A DNA stretch of 64,000 nucleotides, taken from assembly GCA_002718715.1 (NCBI GenBank), contig PBFJ01000009.1, positions 723-64,722 on the forward strand, given 5' to 3'. The notes beneath the pieces were generated by a model that worked only from the letters and a program-made list of their open reading frames with translations, made no database searches and had not been told where the DNA came from. The stretch is from a bacterium. Lineage in GTDB: Bacteria; Patescibacteriota; Gracilibacteria; UBA1369; GCA-2718715. Of this stretch, positions 9,281 through 18,769 are shown in pieces. The position numbers and the translations under genes are program-made. How positions within the stretch are numbered: position 1 is the stretch's first letter; every line of letters starts with the position of its first letter.

Positions 9281-10771
9281 TTAATCCGTTAAATTTGGAA
9301 ACAAGGGAGAAATTGTATTTACTTTATCCCCTACTTTGTAGGTCAAAGCCAAATTAAAATTTTCTAAATTTAAAATTTGCTGCATTTCTTGAGATTTTTT
9401 AGTTAGAATTGGACTTAAAAAACAAGCTAAAAAGCGAATACCTTCAAGTAAGTTAGATAAAACTACATTTAATCTATCAAGATTCCCCTCTTTATTTAAA
9501 GACCAAGGTTTATTTTCCTCGACATATTTGTTTAAAAAACTAGAAAATTCCAAAATACTTTCATTCATTTTTCTAACCTCAAAATTTTCCAAGTATTTAA
9601 AAACATCTGACTCTAACTTATCTTTTGCATCTTTAATTTCAGTAAAATCATCAGACTTAATTTCTCCATCACAAAACTTATGACTCATAGTTACTACTCT
9701 TGAAAATAAATTTCCTATGTTGGACTGTAAATCCGAAGCATAAATTTCTTGTAATCTATCTTCAGAAAAATCTCCGTCTGATCCCATTGGCATTTCTCGG
9801 TTAATAGAAAATCTTACAACATCTGATCCATATTTTTCAATTACAGCAATTGGATCAATTACATTTCCAATAGATTTACTCATTTTTTGACCATCAACTA
9901 AAATCATTCCATGAGCATAGATTTTACTAACCGGTTTAATTCCTAAACTCAAACACATTGCTGGAAAATAAATAGCATGAAATTTTAAAATATCTTTCCC
10001 AATAATATTTTCAACGCTAGGCCAAAAATTCTCAAATTCTTGCATGTTTTCAGGATATCCAAGCACAGTCAAATAATTACTCAAAGCATCAATCCAAACG
10101 TACATCACATGATCAGCATCATTTGGAACCTCAACTCCCCACTCTAACGAACTTTTAGGTCGAGAAACGGAAAAATCTCCTAAATGTTCAATCATATTTA
10201 AAACCTCTTTGGCTCTAAATTCTGGCTGTATATCGATTTCTTTCTTTTCAATCATCTCTTTAATTCTTGGTAAATATTTTGAAAGTCTAAAAAAATAATT
10301 ACTCTCATTCATTTTAACTGGTGGGACTCCAAAACCAGGACAATTACCATCAATTAAATCTGATTCTTTAATAAAACTTTCTGATCCAACACAGTAAAGA
10401 CCTTCATAATCTTTAAGATAAAAATCATCATTTTCCGAAATTTTCATCCAAATATCCTTAACTAATTTTTCGTGACTTCCATCTGAAGTCCTTACAAATC
10501 GATGTTCAGATAAATCTAATAAATCATTTAAACCATAAAAATTCTGAACTAATTGATCCACCCAAGCTTGCGGACTCAGTCCGTTACTTTCTGCTTTTTG
10601 CTGAACTTTAGTTCCATGCTCATCAACTCCTGTTGAAAACAAAGTTTCGTATCCATACAAATTGTACATTCTAACCATGATATCCGTTTGCATGTTAGTA
10701 AATGCATGCCCCATATGTGGCTTACCATTTGGATAATAAATTGGTGTAGTTAGAAATTTGTACTTCGACAT
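9281..10771 (-). CDS. metG: Methionyl-tRNA synthetase
   Basis: Class I signatures TTPIYYPNGKPHMGHAFT (HIGH region) and GQKMSKSIGNVIDP (KMSKS). Confidence 0.93.
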   Translation of the reverse strand: MSKYKFLTTPIYYPNGKPHMGHAFTNMQTDIMVRMYNLYGYETLFSTGVDEHGTKVQQKAESNGLSPQAWVDQLVQNFYGLNDLLDLSEHRFVRTSDGSHEKLVKDIWMKISENDDFYLKDYEGLYCVGSESFIKESDLIDGNCPGFGVPPVKMNESNYFFRLSKYLPRIKEMIEKKEIDIQPEFRAKEVLNMIEHLGDFSVSRPKSSLEWGVEVPNDADHVMYVWIDALSNYLTVLGYPENMQEFENFWPSVENIIGKDILKFHAIYFPAMCLSLGIKPVSKIYAHGMILVDGQKMSKSIGNVIDPIAVIEKYGSDVVRFSINREMPMGSDGDFSEDRLQEIYASDLQSNIGNLFSRVVTMSHKFCDGEIKSDDFTEIKDAKDKLESDVFKYLENFEVRKMNESILEFSSFLNKYVEENKPWSLNKEGNLDRLNVVLSNLLEGIRFLACFLSPILTKKSQEMQQILNLENFNLALTYKVGDKVNTISPLFPNLTD

Positions 10772-10835
10772 TTGCTTTTCAATTAAAGAATAAATTGCAA
10801 ATTAATTCTAACAAACCCCTACCAAAATTCAAGCA

Positions 10836-10863
10836 CCAAAAAAGGCTCCCTTCCAGAAGCCTT
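10836..10863 (-). terminator. Intrinsic terminator after the 374-aa orphan gene
   Basis: The minus strand reads aaggcttctggaagggagcctt followed by TTTTT, immediately downstream of the stop at 10874. Confidence 0.5.
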
Positions 10864-10873
10864 AAAATTTAAA

Positions 10874-11998
10874 CTAGTAATTAATATCTAAACATTCAAA
10901 TTGATATCCAGTAAATGGAACAAAATCTTCTAATTCACCTTCATCATCTTCAATAATAAAATGTAACTCTGTTAAAGCTAAATTATTTACAGAAATATGA
11001 GTAGGAACTGCATTTGCCGGAAGTGAAAGTAAAGCTGATTCAATACATGGAGTTACTTGTCTTTCAACATGGTTAGCGTATGAAATTGAAAAATCTGATT
11101 CAAAAACAAATGGAATATTTTCACCAAAATCATAATTATTTTCTCTTTTATTATTAAAATCTTCTAACGTAAGAAATATAAAATTATAAACATTATTACT
11201 TTCTGTTTCTTCAAGAACTGGAGCAGGATTAACCGTAGTTTGTTTTGAATTATCAATAAGATTTACATCAAAGAAAAATAAAAGTTTAATCGTTAACGCT
11301 AGAGTTAGCATGCTTAAAAGTGGAGAATCATCTATTACATTTAAAATATTTTTAGCTAAATCTACAAAGTCTTTTATAGAAACTTTAGATTTTGAATCAA
11401 CTGAATCAAGATTTTCTTCAGATTGTACTTCTTCTGAAACAGTTAAATCTTCTAACAATCTATCAGGTCTATCAGCAAGATTTCTTGGTTTTAAAGCTTC
11501 TGCTTCTCTGTCTGCATAAAGTTTAGCTAAATCTAAATTAGCTTTTACACCATTTGAAATAGTCATCATTTTTGAATCAAATTCATATTGAGCAATTTGC
11601 TCTTTCAATTGACCTGTAGATTGAAGTGTAGAGAAAGCAGCTTCAGAGATTTCAGTTTTACCATCAATCAAATGGGTATATAACTTTTCACCAGCTTCTA
11701 ATTCAAATTTAAGAGATTCAATAGCTTTTTTATACTCTTTTACAGTAGATAAAGACGGGAATCTTGAACTTAGTTTAGCCAAATGATTTTCTCCTGTTTC
11801 TGGAGAAATAGAAGCCAAATAAGCTTGCTCTTGCAAAGAAAGAGGCTTCGCAATTTCTCTAGCTAAATCAGCAGAATTCATCACTCCTTGTTGTCTTCTA
11901 TTCAGTCTATTCAAGGCTTCTGCGAGTTGTTCAGAAGATGGTCTTTTTTTATTAAGAATAAATGGTGATACTAGGTTTTTTCCAATTTGCTTTAACAT
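10874..11998 (-). CDS. Hypothetical protein with one central hydrophobic segment; no recognisable domain
   Basis: Long ORF with normal composition. Central hydrophobic stretch LLSMLTLALTIKLLFFF. It has its own terminator. I recognise no family. Confidence 0.55.
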   Translation of the reverse strand: MLKQIGKNLVSPFILNKKRPSSEQLAEALNRLNRRQQGVMNSADLAREIAKPLSLQEQAYLASISPETGENHLAKLSSRFPSLSTVKEYKKAIESLKFELEAGEKLYTHLIDGKTEISEAAFSTLQSTGQLKEQIAQYEFDSKMMTISNGVKANLDLAKLYADREAEALKPRNLADRPDRLLEDLTVSEEVQSEENLDSVDSKSKVSIKDFVDLAKNILNVIDDSPLLSMLTLALTIKLLFFFDVNLIDNSKQTTVNPAPVLEETESNNVYNFIFLTLEDFNNKRENNYDFGENIPFVFESDFSISYANHVERQVTPCIESALLSLPANAVPTHISVNNLALTELHFIIEDDEGELEDFVPFTGYQFECLDINY

Positions 11999-12067
11999 TT
12001 TTTTTGGATTAAATTATTATTTTTAATTATATCAGTTTTATAAAAAATGTCAAGTAAATTATAGTAC

Positions 12068-12096
12068 TTGCAAATAAAAGAACAAAGATTTAGACT
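12068..12096 (+). promoter_or_regulatory. Candidate promoter of gltX (TTGCAA-N17-TAGACT)
   Basis: TTGCAA at 12068-12073 and TAGACT at 12091-12096, 27 nt upstream of the gltX ATG. Confidence 0.45.
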
Positions 12097-12122
12097 TACT
12101 TAAAACAAATAATCAAATTAAA

Positions 12123-13715
12123 ATGACTGAAATCAGAACTAGATTTGCACCCTCCCCTACTGGATTTTTACACATTGGTTCCCTACGAACTGTACTTTTT
12201 GCATATTTATTTGCTAAGAAAAACCAAGGAAAATTTCTTTTAAGAGTTGAAGACACAGATCAAAGCCGTGAAGTAGAAGGAGCAACAGAAAACTTAATTA
12301 AAATTTTAGATTGGTTTGGATTAAAAATAGACGAAGGACCAACCCAAGGCGGAAACTTTGGACCTTACATTCAGTCTCAAAGATTACATATTTACAAAGA
12401 AAAATTAAAAGATTTATTCGCAAAAGATGGCTGCTATCACTGTTTCTGCACTAAAGAAAGGCTTGATAAAGTTAGAGAAACTCAAATTGCAAACAAACAA
12501 GCTCCAAAATACGATGGCCATTGTAGAAATCTTTCAAAAGAAGAAATACAAGCAAAATTAGATGCAAATACACCTTATGTAATTCGACAAAAAATTCCAA
12601 AAGATAGAATTGTAGAATTTAAAGACCTAGTTAAAGGTAAAATGCGCTTTGACTCAAATACTCTAGACGATCAAGTCTTAATAAAATCCGACGGATTTCC
12701 AACTTATCACTTCGCACAAGCTGTAGACGATAACCACATGCAAATTAGCCATGTAATTCGTGCAGACGAATGGCTTCCATCTACTCCAAAACACATCTTG
12801 CTTTTTGAAGCTTTTGGTTATAAAGTTCCAGAATTTGTACATGTTCCACCTGTATTAGGACCAGAAGGGACAAAAAAAATGGGAAAAAGAGACGGAAACG
12901 TGTCAGTTGAAGACTATATTAAAAATGGATATACCAAAGCAGCTTTAATCAATTTCCTATCATTACTTGGATGGAATCCAGGAACCAAACAAGAGTTATT
13001 TACTCAAAGTGAACTTGAAGAAATTTTCGATTTAAATAGAGTTCAAAAATCTGGAGCAGCTTTTGATATCCAAAAATTAGATTGGTTTAACTGGCAACAT
13101 AAAAGATTAAAATACTTAGAAGATGCAAGCGACATTGCTATGCAAATCAATCCTCAAGTCGAAATTCAAGAACCTAAAAAGGGCCAAAAGAAATTTAACT
13201 TCCAAAACTCTGAAGAATTCAAAGAGTTTAATATTAAAAAAGGAAATCTACTAGAGAATTACCTACCAGTAGAAGTTTTTACCAAACTTGAAAATGAATT
13301 TGAATCAAAAGAATATCTTTATAAAGCACTAACTTCTTTAGAGGAACTAATACTAAGAGATCCAAGTAAACTAGATGAACAAATTAGAATTTTCAGTCAA
13401 GAAATAAAGAGTTACGACAAAGAATTATTTCCGCATGAAAAAATGAAAGTAGATTTAGAACTTTCTATTAAAGTAATTGAAAAATGTATACAAGAATTAA
13501 AAGCAGAAGATTTTAATACTAATTTAACTTTACTTGCTAAATTTAAACAGATTATTGCTAATATGGAATTAAAAAATGGACAAGTTTTATGGCCAATTAG
13601 AGTTGCTCTTTCCAATAAATCAGAATCACCGGGAGTTTTTGAACTTTCTTACGCTTTAGGATTTGATAGAACTATAAAAAGACTTAAAGACTGTTTGGAA
13701 AATTTAAGTAACTAG
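12123..13715 (+). CDS. gltX: Glutamyl-tRNA synthetase
   Basis: RTRFAPSPTGFLHIGSLRTVLF (HIGH), LRVEDTDQSR and the KMSKS-equivalent TKKMGKRDG. Confidence 0.93.
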   Translation: MTEIRTRFAPSPTGFLHIGSLRTVLFAYLFAKKNQGKFLLRVEDTDQSREVEGATENLIKILDWFGLKIDEGPTQGGNFGPYIQSQRLHIYKEKLKDLFAKDGCYHCFCTKERLDKVRETQIANKQAPKYDGHCRNLSKEEIQAKLDANTPYVIRQKIPKDRIVEFKDLVKGKMRFDSNTLDDQVLIKSDGFPTYHFAQAVDDNHMQISHVIRADEWLPSTPKHILLFEAFGYKVPEFVHVPPVLGPEGTKKMGKRDGNVSVEDYIKNGYTKAALINFLSLLGWNPGTKQELFTQSELEEIFDLNRVQKSGAAFDIQKLDWFNWQHKRLKYLEDASDIAMQINPQVEIQEPKKGQKKFNFQNSEEFKEFNIKKGNLLENYLPVEVFTKLENEFESKEYLYKALTSLEELILRDPSKLDEQIRIFSQEIKSYDKELFPHEKMKVDLELSIKVIEKCIQELKAEDFNTNLTLLAKFKQIIANMELKNGQVLWPIRVALSNKSESPGVFELSYALGFDRTIKRLKDCLENLSN

Positions 13716-13768
13716 ATCTTTACAATCAACTAAAAAGGCTTTAAAATAATAATAAATAATCAAAAAGC

Positions 13769-14065
13769 ATGAATATCAAGCTTTTAAAGACATTAATTGT
13801 AAATATAAAAAACAGTTTTAAATGTCCAAAATGCAATAAAAAAATATCTGACAACGAATTATCTCTTTTAAAATTTACAAATAAAACAGCACTTTTTAAA
13901 AACTCATGTAAAAAGTGTAAACATAAAGTTAAATTTGAAATTCAAGTATTAGAAAGAAAAGCTAAAGGACTAGGACCAAAAGTAACTGCCGACGATGTAT
14001 TGGATGTAAAAAACTTTCTAGATAATTTTAAGGGGGACTTAAGAGATTTATTTAAAAAGAAATAA
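13769..14065 (+). CDS. Small zinc-ribbon protein (CxxC...CxxC), function unknown
   Basis: CPKCNKK and CKKCKHK pairs. The next gene starts 1 nt after its stop. Confidence 0.5.
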   Translation: MNIKLLKTLIVNIKNSFKCPKCNKKISDNELSLLKFTNKTALFKNSCKKCKHKVKFEIQVLERKAKGLGPKVTADDVLDVKNFLDNFKGDLRDLFKKK

Positions 14066-14066
14066 A

Positions 14067-14390
14067 ATGTTAAAAAAAATATTAATTTCACTATTAGCAA
14101 TAGTCTTAATGGGCTGTACTCTTTTTCAATCAGCAAAAGACGATGCGAAATATACATATGATAAAACAAAGGAAGCCGTAGAAAGTACAAAAAAACAAAT
14201 AAAGGATAAATATGATCAAACAGTAAAAGAAATTACGGAAACCAAAGATGAAATTCAAAAAAATTTAGAAGAAACAAAAAAAGAAACTGAAAAAATAATT
14301 GAGGAAACTAAACAAACCGTAGAAGAAGTTGAAAATGCAGTAAAGGAAGTTCAAGAAGCCAAAGAAGCTATTAATAACCTTACAAAATAA
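14067..14390 (+). CDS. Small K/E-rich coiled-coil lipoprotein
   Basis: Signal peptide with lipobox LAIVLMGC. The remainder is a charged helical repeat. Its stop overlaps the start of the TrmB-like gene (TAATG). Confidence 0.55.
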   Translation: MLKKILISLLAIVLMGCTLFQSAKDDAKYTYDKTKEAVESTKKQIKDKYDQTVKEITETKDEIQKNLEETKKETEKIIEETKQTVEEVENAVKEVQEAKEAINNLTK

Positions 14391-15142
14391 TGATTAATAT
14401 ATCACAAAAAGTAATCGAAATCTTTAAAACTTTAGAATTAAACGAAGTCGAAATAAAAATTTATTTAGCATTACTTGAAAATGACAAATTAGGAATCACG
14501 GGAATTTCTGAATCAATCAATTTATCAAGAACTAATGTATATAACTACGTTGAAAGAATTGAAGAAATGGGATTAATCTCGAAAGTACCAGATTCAGCTA
14601 CCCTAAAGTATCAAGCAGTAAGTCCAGATAAGATAATTGAAGTTTTAAAAGAAAAGGAAGAAAATATTAAAAGTAAAATTTCACAATTCAAAAAACTACT
14701 TCCTGAATTAAAAAATTTAGAGAGTGAAAAAAATCCTACTCAAGTAAAAATGTATGAAGGAGAAGAAGGATTACAACGAATAATTGAGAAATTACTAAAA
14801 GATGAATCTTTAAAAATTATTTTTCATTCAAACATAAAAAAACCTTTTTTTCCTGAATCACTAAAAGAATTCACTAAACAATCAGCCGAAAAACAACAAC
14901 ATATTCAAGAAATTAGATCATCTTTAAACAAAGGAACAGATTATAATCCAACAAAAAACAATCCTAATCACTTGTTGAAAATTGCACCAGAATCATTATC
15001 TCTAAAGAGTGATATGATTATAACTCCAAACAGAGTTCTACTAGTTTCTTATCAAGGTAGATTTTTAGGTGTTGAAATAAGCAATAAATTTATGACTGAA
15101 ACTCAAAATTCAATCTTTGATATGATTTGGGAAAACATTTAG
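14390..15142 (+). CDS. TrmB-family (archaeal-type sugar regulator-like) HTH transcriptional regulator
   Basis: N-terminal winged helix LELNEVEIKIYLALLENDKLGITGISESINLSRTNVYNYVERIEEMGLISKV plus a C-terminal effector-like domain. A second paralog is at 50144..50977. Confidence 0.7.
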   Translation: MINISQKVIEIFKTLELNEVEIKIYLALLENDKLGITGISESINLSRTNVYNYVERIEEMGLISKVPDSATLKYQAVSPDKIIEVLKEKEENIKSKISQFKKLLPELKNLESEKNPTQVKMYEGEEGLQRIIEKLLKDESLKIIFHSNIKKPFFPESLKEFTKQSAEKQQHIQEIRSSLNKGTDYNPTKNNPNHLLKIAPESLSLKSDMIITPNRVLLVSYQGRFLGVEISNKFMTETQNSIFDMIWENI

Positions 15143-15168
15143 AATTTATAACAATACTTTAAAACATA

Positions 15169-15198
15169 CAACTCTTTCAAGATTGAAAGGGTTGTTTT
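15169..15198 (+). terminator. Intrinsic terminator after the TrmB-like gene
   Basis: The sequence caactctttcaa-ga-ttgaaagggttg forms a 12-bp stem followed by TTTT. Confidence 0.65.
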
Positions 15199-15212
15199 AT
15201 TATATATAAAAA

Positions 15213-16217
15213 ATGAAAAGTAAACTTCATCTCTTAGAAAAGATATATCAAATCGCTAAAAACAATCCTCAAAACATTCTTCTTCCCGAAGCAGATATAG
15301 ACCAGAGAGTTTTTGAAGCTTCAATCAAGCTAGCTAATCTTGAAATTTGCAATGTATGCGTAATAGGAAAAAGCAAATCATTATTAGAAAAATATAAAAA
15401 AGCAAACTTTAATAAATTAGAAAGAATTCAAATTTTTGACATGGATGCAATGAATCAAGATATTATAAGGTATGCAAATGATTTATATCTTAAAAGAAAG
15501 AAAAAAGGCATGACACAAAAAGAAGCTTTTAATTTAATGCACAACATAAATTATTTTGCTTGCAGTCTTTTAAAAGACAATAAGGTAGATGGGGTTGTAA
15601 CAGGAGCAACATTTACAACTAAAGAAGTTTTTATTCCTGCAATTCAAATAATTGGTGCAAGAGAAAAAGATCATAAAATATCAAGCTATTTTATAATGCT
15701 TCTAAACCAAGAAGTATATTACTTTGCAGATTGTGCGGTAAATATAAATCCAGATCCCAAAACTCTAGCAAATATAGCAATAGACACAGCCAACTCTGCA
15801 AAGTTAGCTGGACTAGAACCACAGATTGCATTTTTATCATTTTCTACAAATAATTCTGCAAGTCATGAATCAATTGAAAAAATTCAAAAAGCAGTAAAAT
15901 TTGCACAAAAGAAAGCTCCCAAATTAATTATAGATGGTGAAATGCAGGTAGACTCAGCATTGATTCCTGAAATAAGAAATCGAAAATATCCAAATTCCAA
16001 AATAAAAAATTCAGCAAATATTTTAATATTTCCAGACTTAAATTCAGGAAACATAGCTTATAAACTAGTAGAAAGGTTGGCAAAGTCAAAAGCAGCAGGC
16101 CCAATCCTCCAAGGCTTAAAAAAACCGTTAAATGATTTATCAAGAGGCTGTTCAACTCAAGATATAATTGAAATAAGTGCACTTACTGCCTTTGAAAGCA
16201 TTAATAAATTAGGATAA
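15213..16217 (+). CDS. pta: Phosphate acetyltransferase
   Basis: PTA_PTB-type sequence: ILLPEADIDQRV, DGVVTGATFTT, FADCAVNINPD, DGEMQVDSAL and PDLNSGNIAYKLV. Confidence 0.9.
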   Translation: MKSKLHLLEKIYQIAKNNPQNILLPEADIDQRVFEASIKLANLEICNVCVIGKSKSLLEKYKKANFNKLERIQIFDMDAMNQDIIRYANDLYLKRKKKGMTQKEAFNLMHNINYFACSLLKDNKVDGVVTGATFTTKEVFIPAIQIIGAREKDHKISSYFIMLLNQEVYYFADCAVNINPDPKTLANIAIDTANSAKLAGLEPQIAFLSFSTNNSASHESIEKIQKAVKFAQKKAPKLIIDGEMQVDSALIPEIRNRKYPNSKIKNSANILIFPDLNSGNIAYKLVERLAKSKAAGPILQGLKKPLNDLSRGCSTQDIIEISALTAFESINKLG

Positions 16218-17236
16218 TGAATAAAAAACTAGCAATTATTTTTAATATAGGCTCATCCTCAATTAAAACTGAAATATTTGAAGTAGATTCTATAAAAAGC
16301 ATTTATTTTAAAAACACTCAATCTTCCAACATAAAATCTGATTTAGATAAAGAAATAGATGAGATACTTAAAAAATATAAATTAGAAGAATTTATTATCA
16401 CAGGTCACAGGGTAGTACACGGTGGACCCAACCTAGAAGAATGTCATGAAATTAATTCTAAAATAATCAAAGAAATTCAAAGAAATATTCCGAAAGCAAA
16501 AATTCACAACCCTGTGAATTTAATTGGAATAGAATCAGCACAAAAAAGATTCAAGCACTGTATACATTATGCTTGTTTTGACACCGGTTTTTTTAAAAAA
16601 ATTCCAGAAAAAATTAAAACACTTGCAATTCCAAAGGAATGGAGAGACAAATACGAATTTCAAAAATATGGTTTTCATGGACTAGATCACCAGTATTTTA
16701 CAGAAAAATTTAAAAACCTAAACAAACTTGTTATATGTCATTTAGGAAACGGGTGTTCTATTAGCTTAATAGAAAATCAAAAAGCCAAAGATATTACTAT
16801 GTCTTACTCCCCTATCTCAGGCCTAATAATGTCTACAAGATGTGGAGATTTAGATGCAAATATAATTTGCGAGCTATACAAAAACAAAGAAAAAAACATT
16901 TCTGAAAAATTAAATTTTCAATCCGGACTCTTAGCTTTAACTCAAGAAACATCATCAATGAAGGATATATTTAAAGAGAAAAAAATTAAAGAAAATTATC
17001 TTCTAGCCTATGAATCATTTATTTATGAAACTTCAAAAAAAATAGCTAGTTTTATTGGACAATCACCCATCACTGAAAAAATAATTTTTAGTGGAGGAAT
17101 ATGTGAAAATAATCCTCAAGTTGTTAAAGATTTGTTAAAAAATTTAAATAAAGAATGCTATAATGATCATGAAATCTTAACAAGTAATGAAAACTTACAA
17201 ATTCTAAAAAATATAATAAATATAAATGTTAGTTAA
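16217..17236 (+). CDS. ackA: Acetate kinase (compact, 339 aa)
   Basis: FNIGSSSIK, GHRVVHGG, HNP, FDTGFF, YGFHGLDHQY, CHLGNGCSIS, MSTRCGD, SGGICEN and TSNENL align with the catalytic motifs of E. coli AckA as I recall them. Its start overlaps the pta stop by 1 nt. Confidence 0.87.
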   Translation: MNKKLAIIFNIGSSSIKTEIFEVDSIKSIYFKNTQSSNIKSDLDKEIDEILKKYKLEEFIITGHRVVHGGPNLEECHEINSKIIKEIQRNIPKAKIHNPVNLIGIESAQKRFKHCIHYACFDTGFFKKIPEKIKTLAIPKEWRDKYEFQKYGFHGLDHQYFTEKFKNLNKLVICHLGNGCSISLIENQKAKDITMSYSPISGLIMSTRCGDLDANIICELYKNKEKNISEKLNFQSGLLALTQETSSMKDIFKEKKIKENYLLAYESFIYETSKKIASFIGQSPITEKIIFSGGICENNPQVVKDLLKNLNKECYNDHEILTSNENLQILKNIININVS

Positions 17237-18710
17237 TAAATATATACTACCTATAAATTCAGGTTCATATGATTATCTTGTAATTGGTAAAAATATAGCC
17301 AAAGAATTAGGTCTAAAAGCTCAAGACAGAGTAATGCTTCAAAATCCAAAATATCCAGAAAAGCAAACATTATGCTTTGCAGAAATTAATGAGGGGAAAT
17401 TAAAAAAGAATTCTATCGGGATACCATTAAGAACGTATGAAAAAGTAAAAAAAGGCTTAAATCTTAAATTTAAAATACAAAAAGAGGGAAATATAAAATC
17501 AATTGATTTTATAAAAGAAAAACTTGATGGTAAAAAACTCAAAGAGCCTCAATTTCAAGCAATCTGTAAAGATATTGTGGATGGAAATCTTAACGATGCA
17601 GAATTAGCATTTTTTGTAGCTGGATGCTACACAAATAAACTATCTTTTAAGGAGGCAGCAGGCTTAACAAAAGCAATTGCTGACAATGGATTTAAGTTAA
17701 AATTTAGAGAAAATCAAATTGTAGCCGACAAACATTGTATTGGAGGAGTACCTGGAAACAGAACAACAATGATTGTAATACCCATAATTGCAAGCTTAGG
17801 AATCAAAATCCCAAAAACTTCCTCAAGATCGATTTCGTCTCCATCAGGAACAGCAGATACCATGGAAGTACTTGCAGAAGTAGACTTAAAACAAGAAAAG
17901 CTTGAAAATCTTGTAAAAGAATACAATGGATTTATAGCCTGGGGAGGAGGATGTAATTTAGCAGCATCTGACGATGAATTAATCAGAATCAGAAGAAAAC
18001 TTGGTCTGGACCCACAAGGATTAGTTTTAGCTTCTGTTATGGCTAAAAAGTACGCAGCTGGTGCAACACATGTTCTTATTGATATTCCATATGGAAAATT
18101 TGCAAAAGTTCAAAGCCTTCACAAAGCTGAAGAATTAAAAGAAAAATTTGAAAAAATAGCCAAAGAGTTAAACGTAAAAATAAAAGTAATTATTACCAAA
18201 GGAAATCAAACAATTGGAAGAGGTATTGGACCAAGACTAGAAGCAATAGATGTTCTAAAAGTACTTAATAATGAAAAAGACGCACCTAAAGATTTATTAG
18301 AAAAATCACTAAAGTTAGCTGGAGACATATTAGAAATGATAGGTAAAGCAAAATTAAATGAAGGATACAGTATCGCAAAGAAACAAATTGAAAACAAAAA
18401 AGCTTATATGAAATTTCAAGAATTAATCCAAGCACAAGGAGAAAAGAAATTACTTCAAAAAGCAAAACACCAATACGAAATAAAAGCTTGGAAAGATGGA
18501 AAAATAAAAGAGTTTAATATTAAATTAATATCTAAAATTGCTAAAATTGCAGGTTCTCCAAAAAGTGCAAACTCAGGAATAGAAGTTCTGGTAAGTTTGA
18601 AAGAAAAAATCAAAAAAAATCAGACAATTTATATTATTCACAGTAATCAACCAAATCTTTTAAATCAAAAGATCAAACAATATATTAAAGACAGCATATT
18701 AATTAGCTAG
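17226..18710 (+). CDS. deoA: AMP phosphorylase / thymidine-phosphorylase-family enzyme with an N-terminal extension
   Basis: ADKHCIGGVPGNRTTMIVIPIIASLG and SSRSISSPSGTADTMEVLA are thymidine-phosphorylase family motifs. The ~490 aa length and extra N-terminal domain resemble archaeal AMP phosphorylase. It overlaps ackA by 11 nt. Confidence 0.78.
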   Translation: MLVNKYILPINSGSYDYLVIGKNIAKELGLKAQDRVMLQNPKYPEKQTLCFAEINEGKLKKNSIGIPLRTYEKVKKGLNLKFKIQKEGNIKSIDFIKEKLDGKKLKEPQFQAICKDIVDGNLNDAELAFFVAGCYTNKLSFKEAAGLTKAIADNGFKLKFRENQIVADKHCIGGVPGNRTTMIVIPIIASLGIKIPKTSSRSISSPSGTADTMEVLAEVDLKQEKLENLVKEYNGFIAWGGGCNLAASDDELIRIRRKLGLDPQGLVLASVMAKKYAAGATHVLIDIPYGKFAKVQSLHKAEELKEKFEKIAKELNVKIKVIITKGNQTIGRGIGPRLEAIDVLKVLNNEKDAPKDLLEKSLKLAGDILEMIGKAKLNEGYSIAKKQIENKKAYMKFQELIQAQGEKKLLQKAKHQYEIKAWKDGKIKEFNIKLISKIAKIAGSPKSANSGIEVLVSLKEKIKKNQTIYIIHSNQPNLLNQKIKQYIKDSILIS

Positions 18711-18731
18711 TAATTAAAAAATCTAAGAATC

Positions 18732-18769
18732 AAAGTCTTTAGTTTAAAGAAAACTTAAAGACTTTTTTT
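18732..18769 (+). terminator. Intrinsic terminator after the pta-ackA-deoA operon
   Basis: A hairpin aagtcttta...taaagactt is followed by a T7 run. It overlaps the 3' end of the convergent gene. Confidence 0.5.

Noticed and set aside
9254-12122. T-box or other riboswitch leaders upstream of metG and gltX (and upstream of serS at 53498-53686)
   Set aside because: The leaders are short (about 30-60 nt from the candidate -10 to the start codon), AT-rich and unstructured. I found no specifier-loop or T-box (AATTAGGGTGGTACCGCG-like) sequence.
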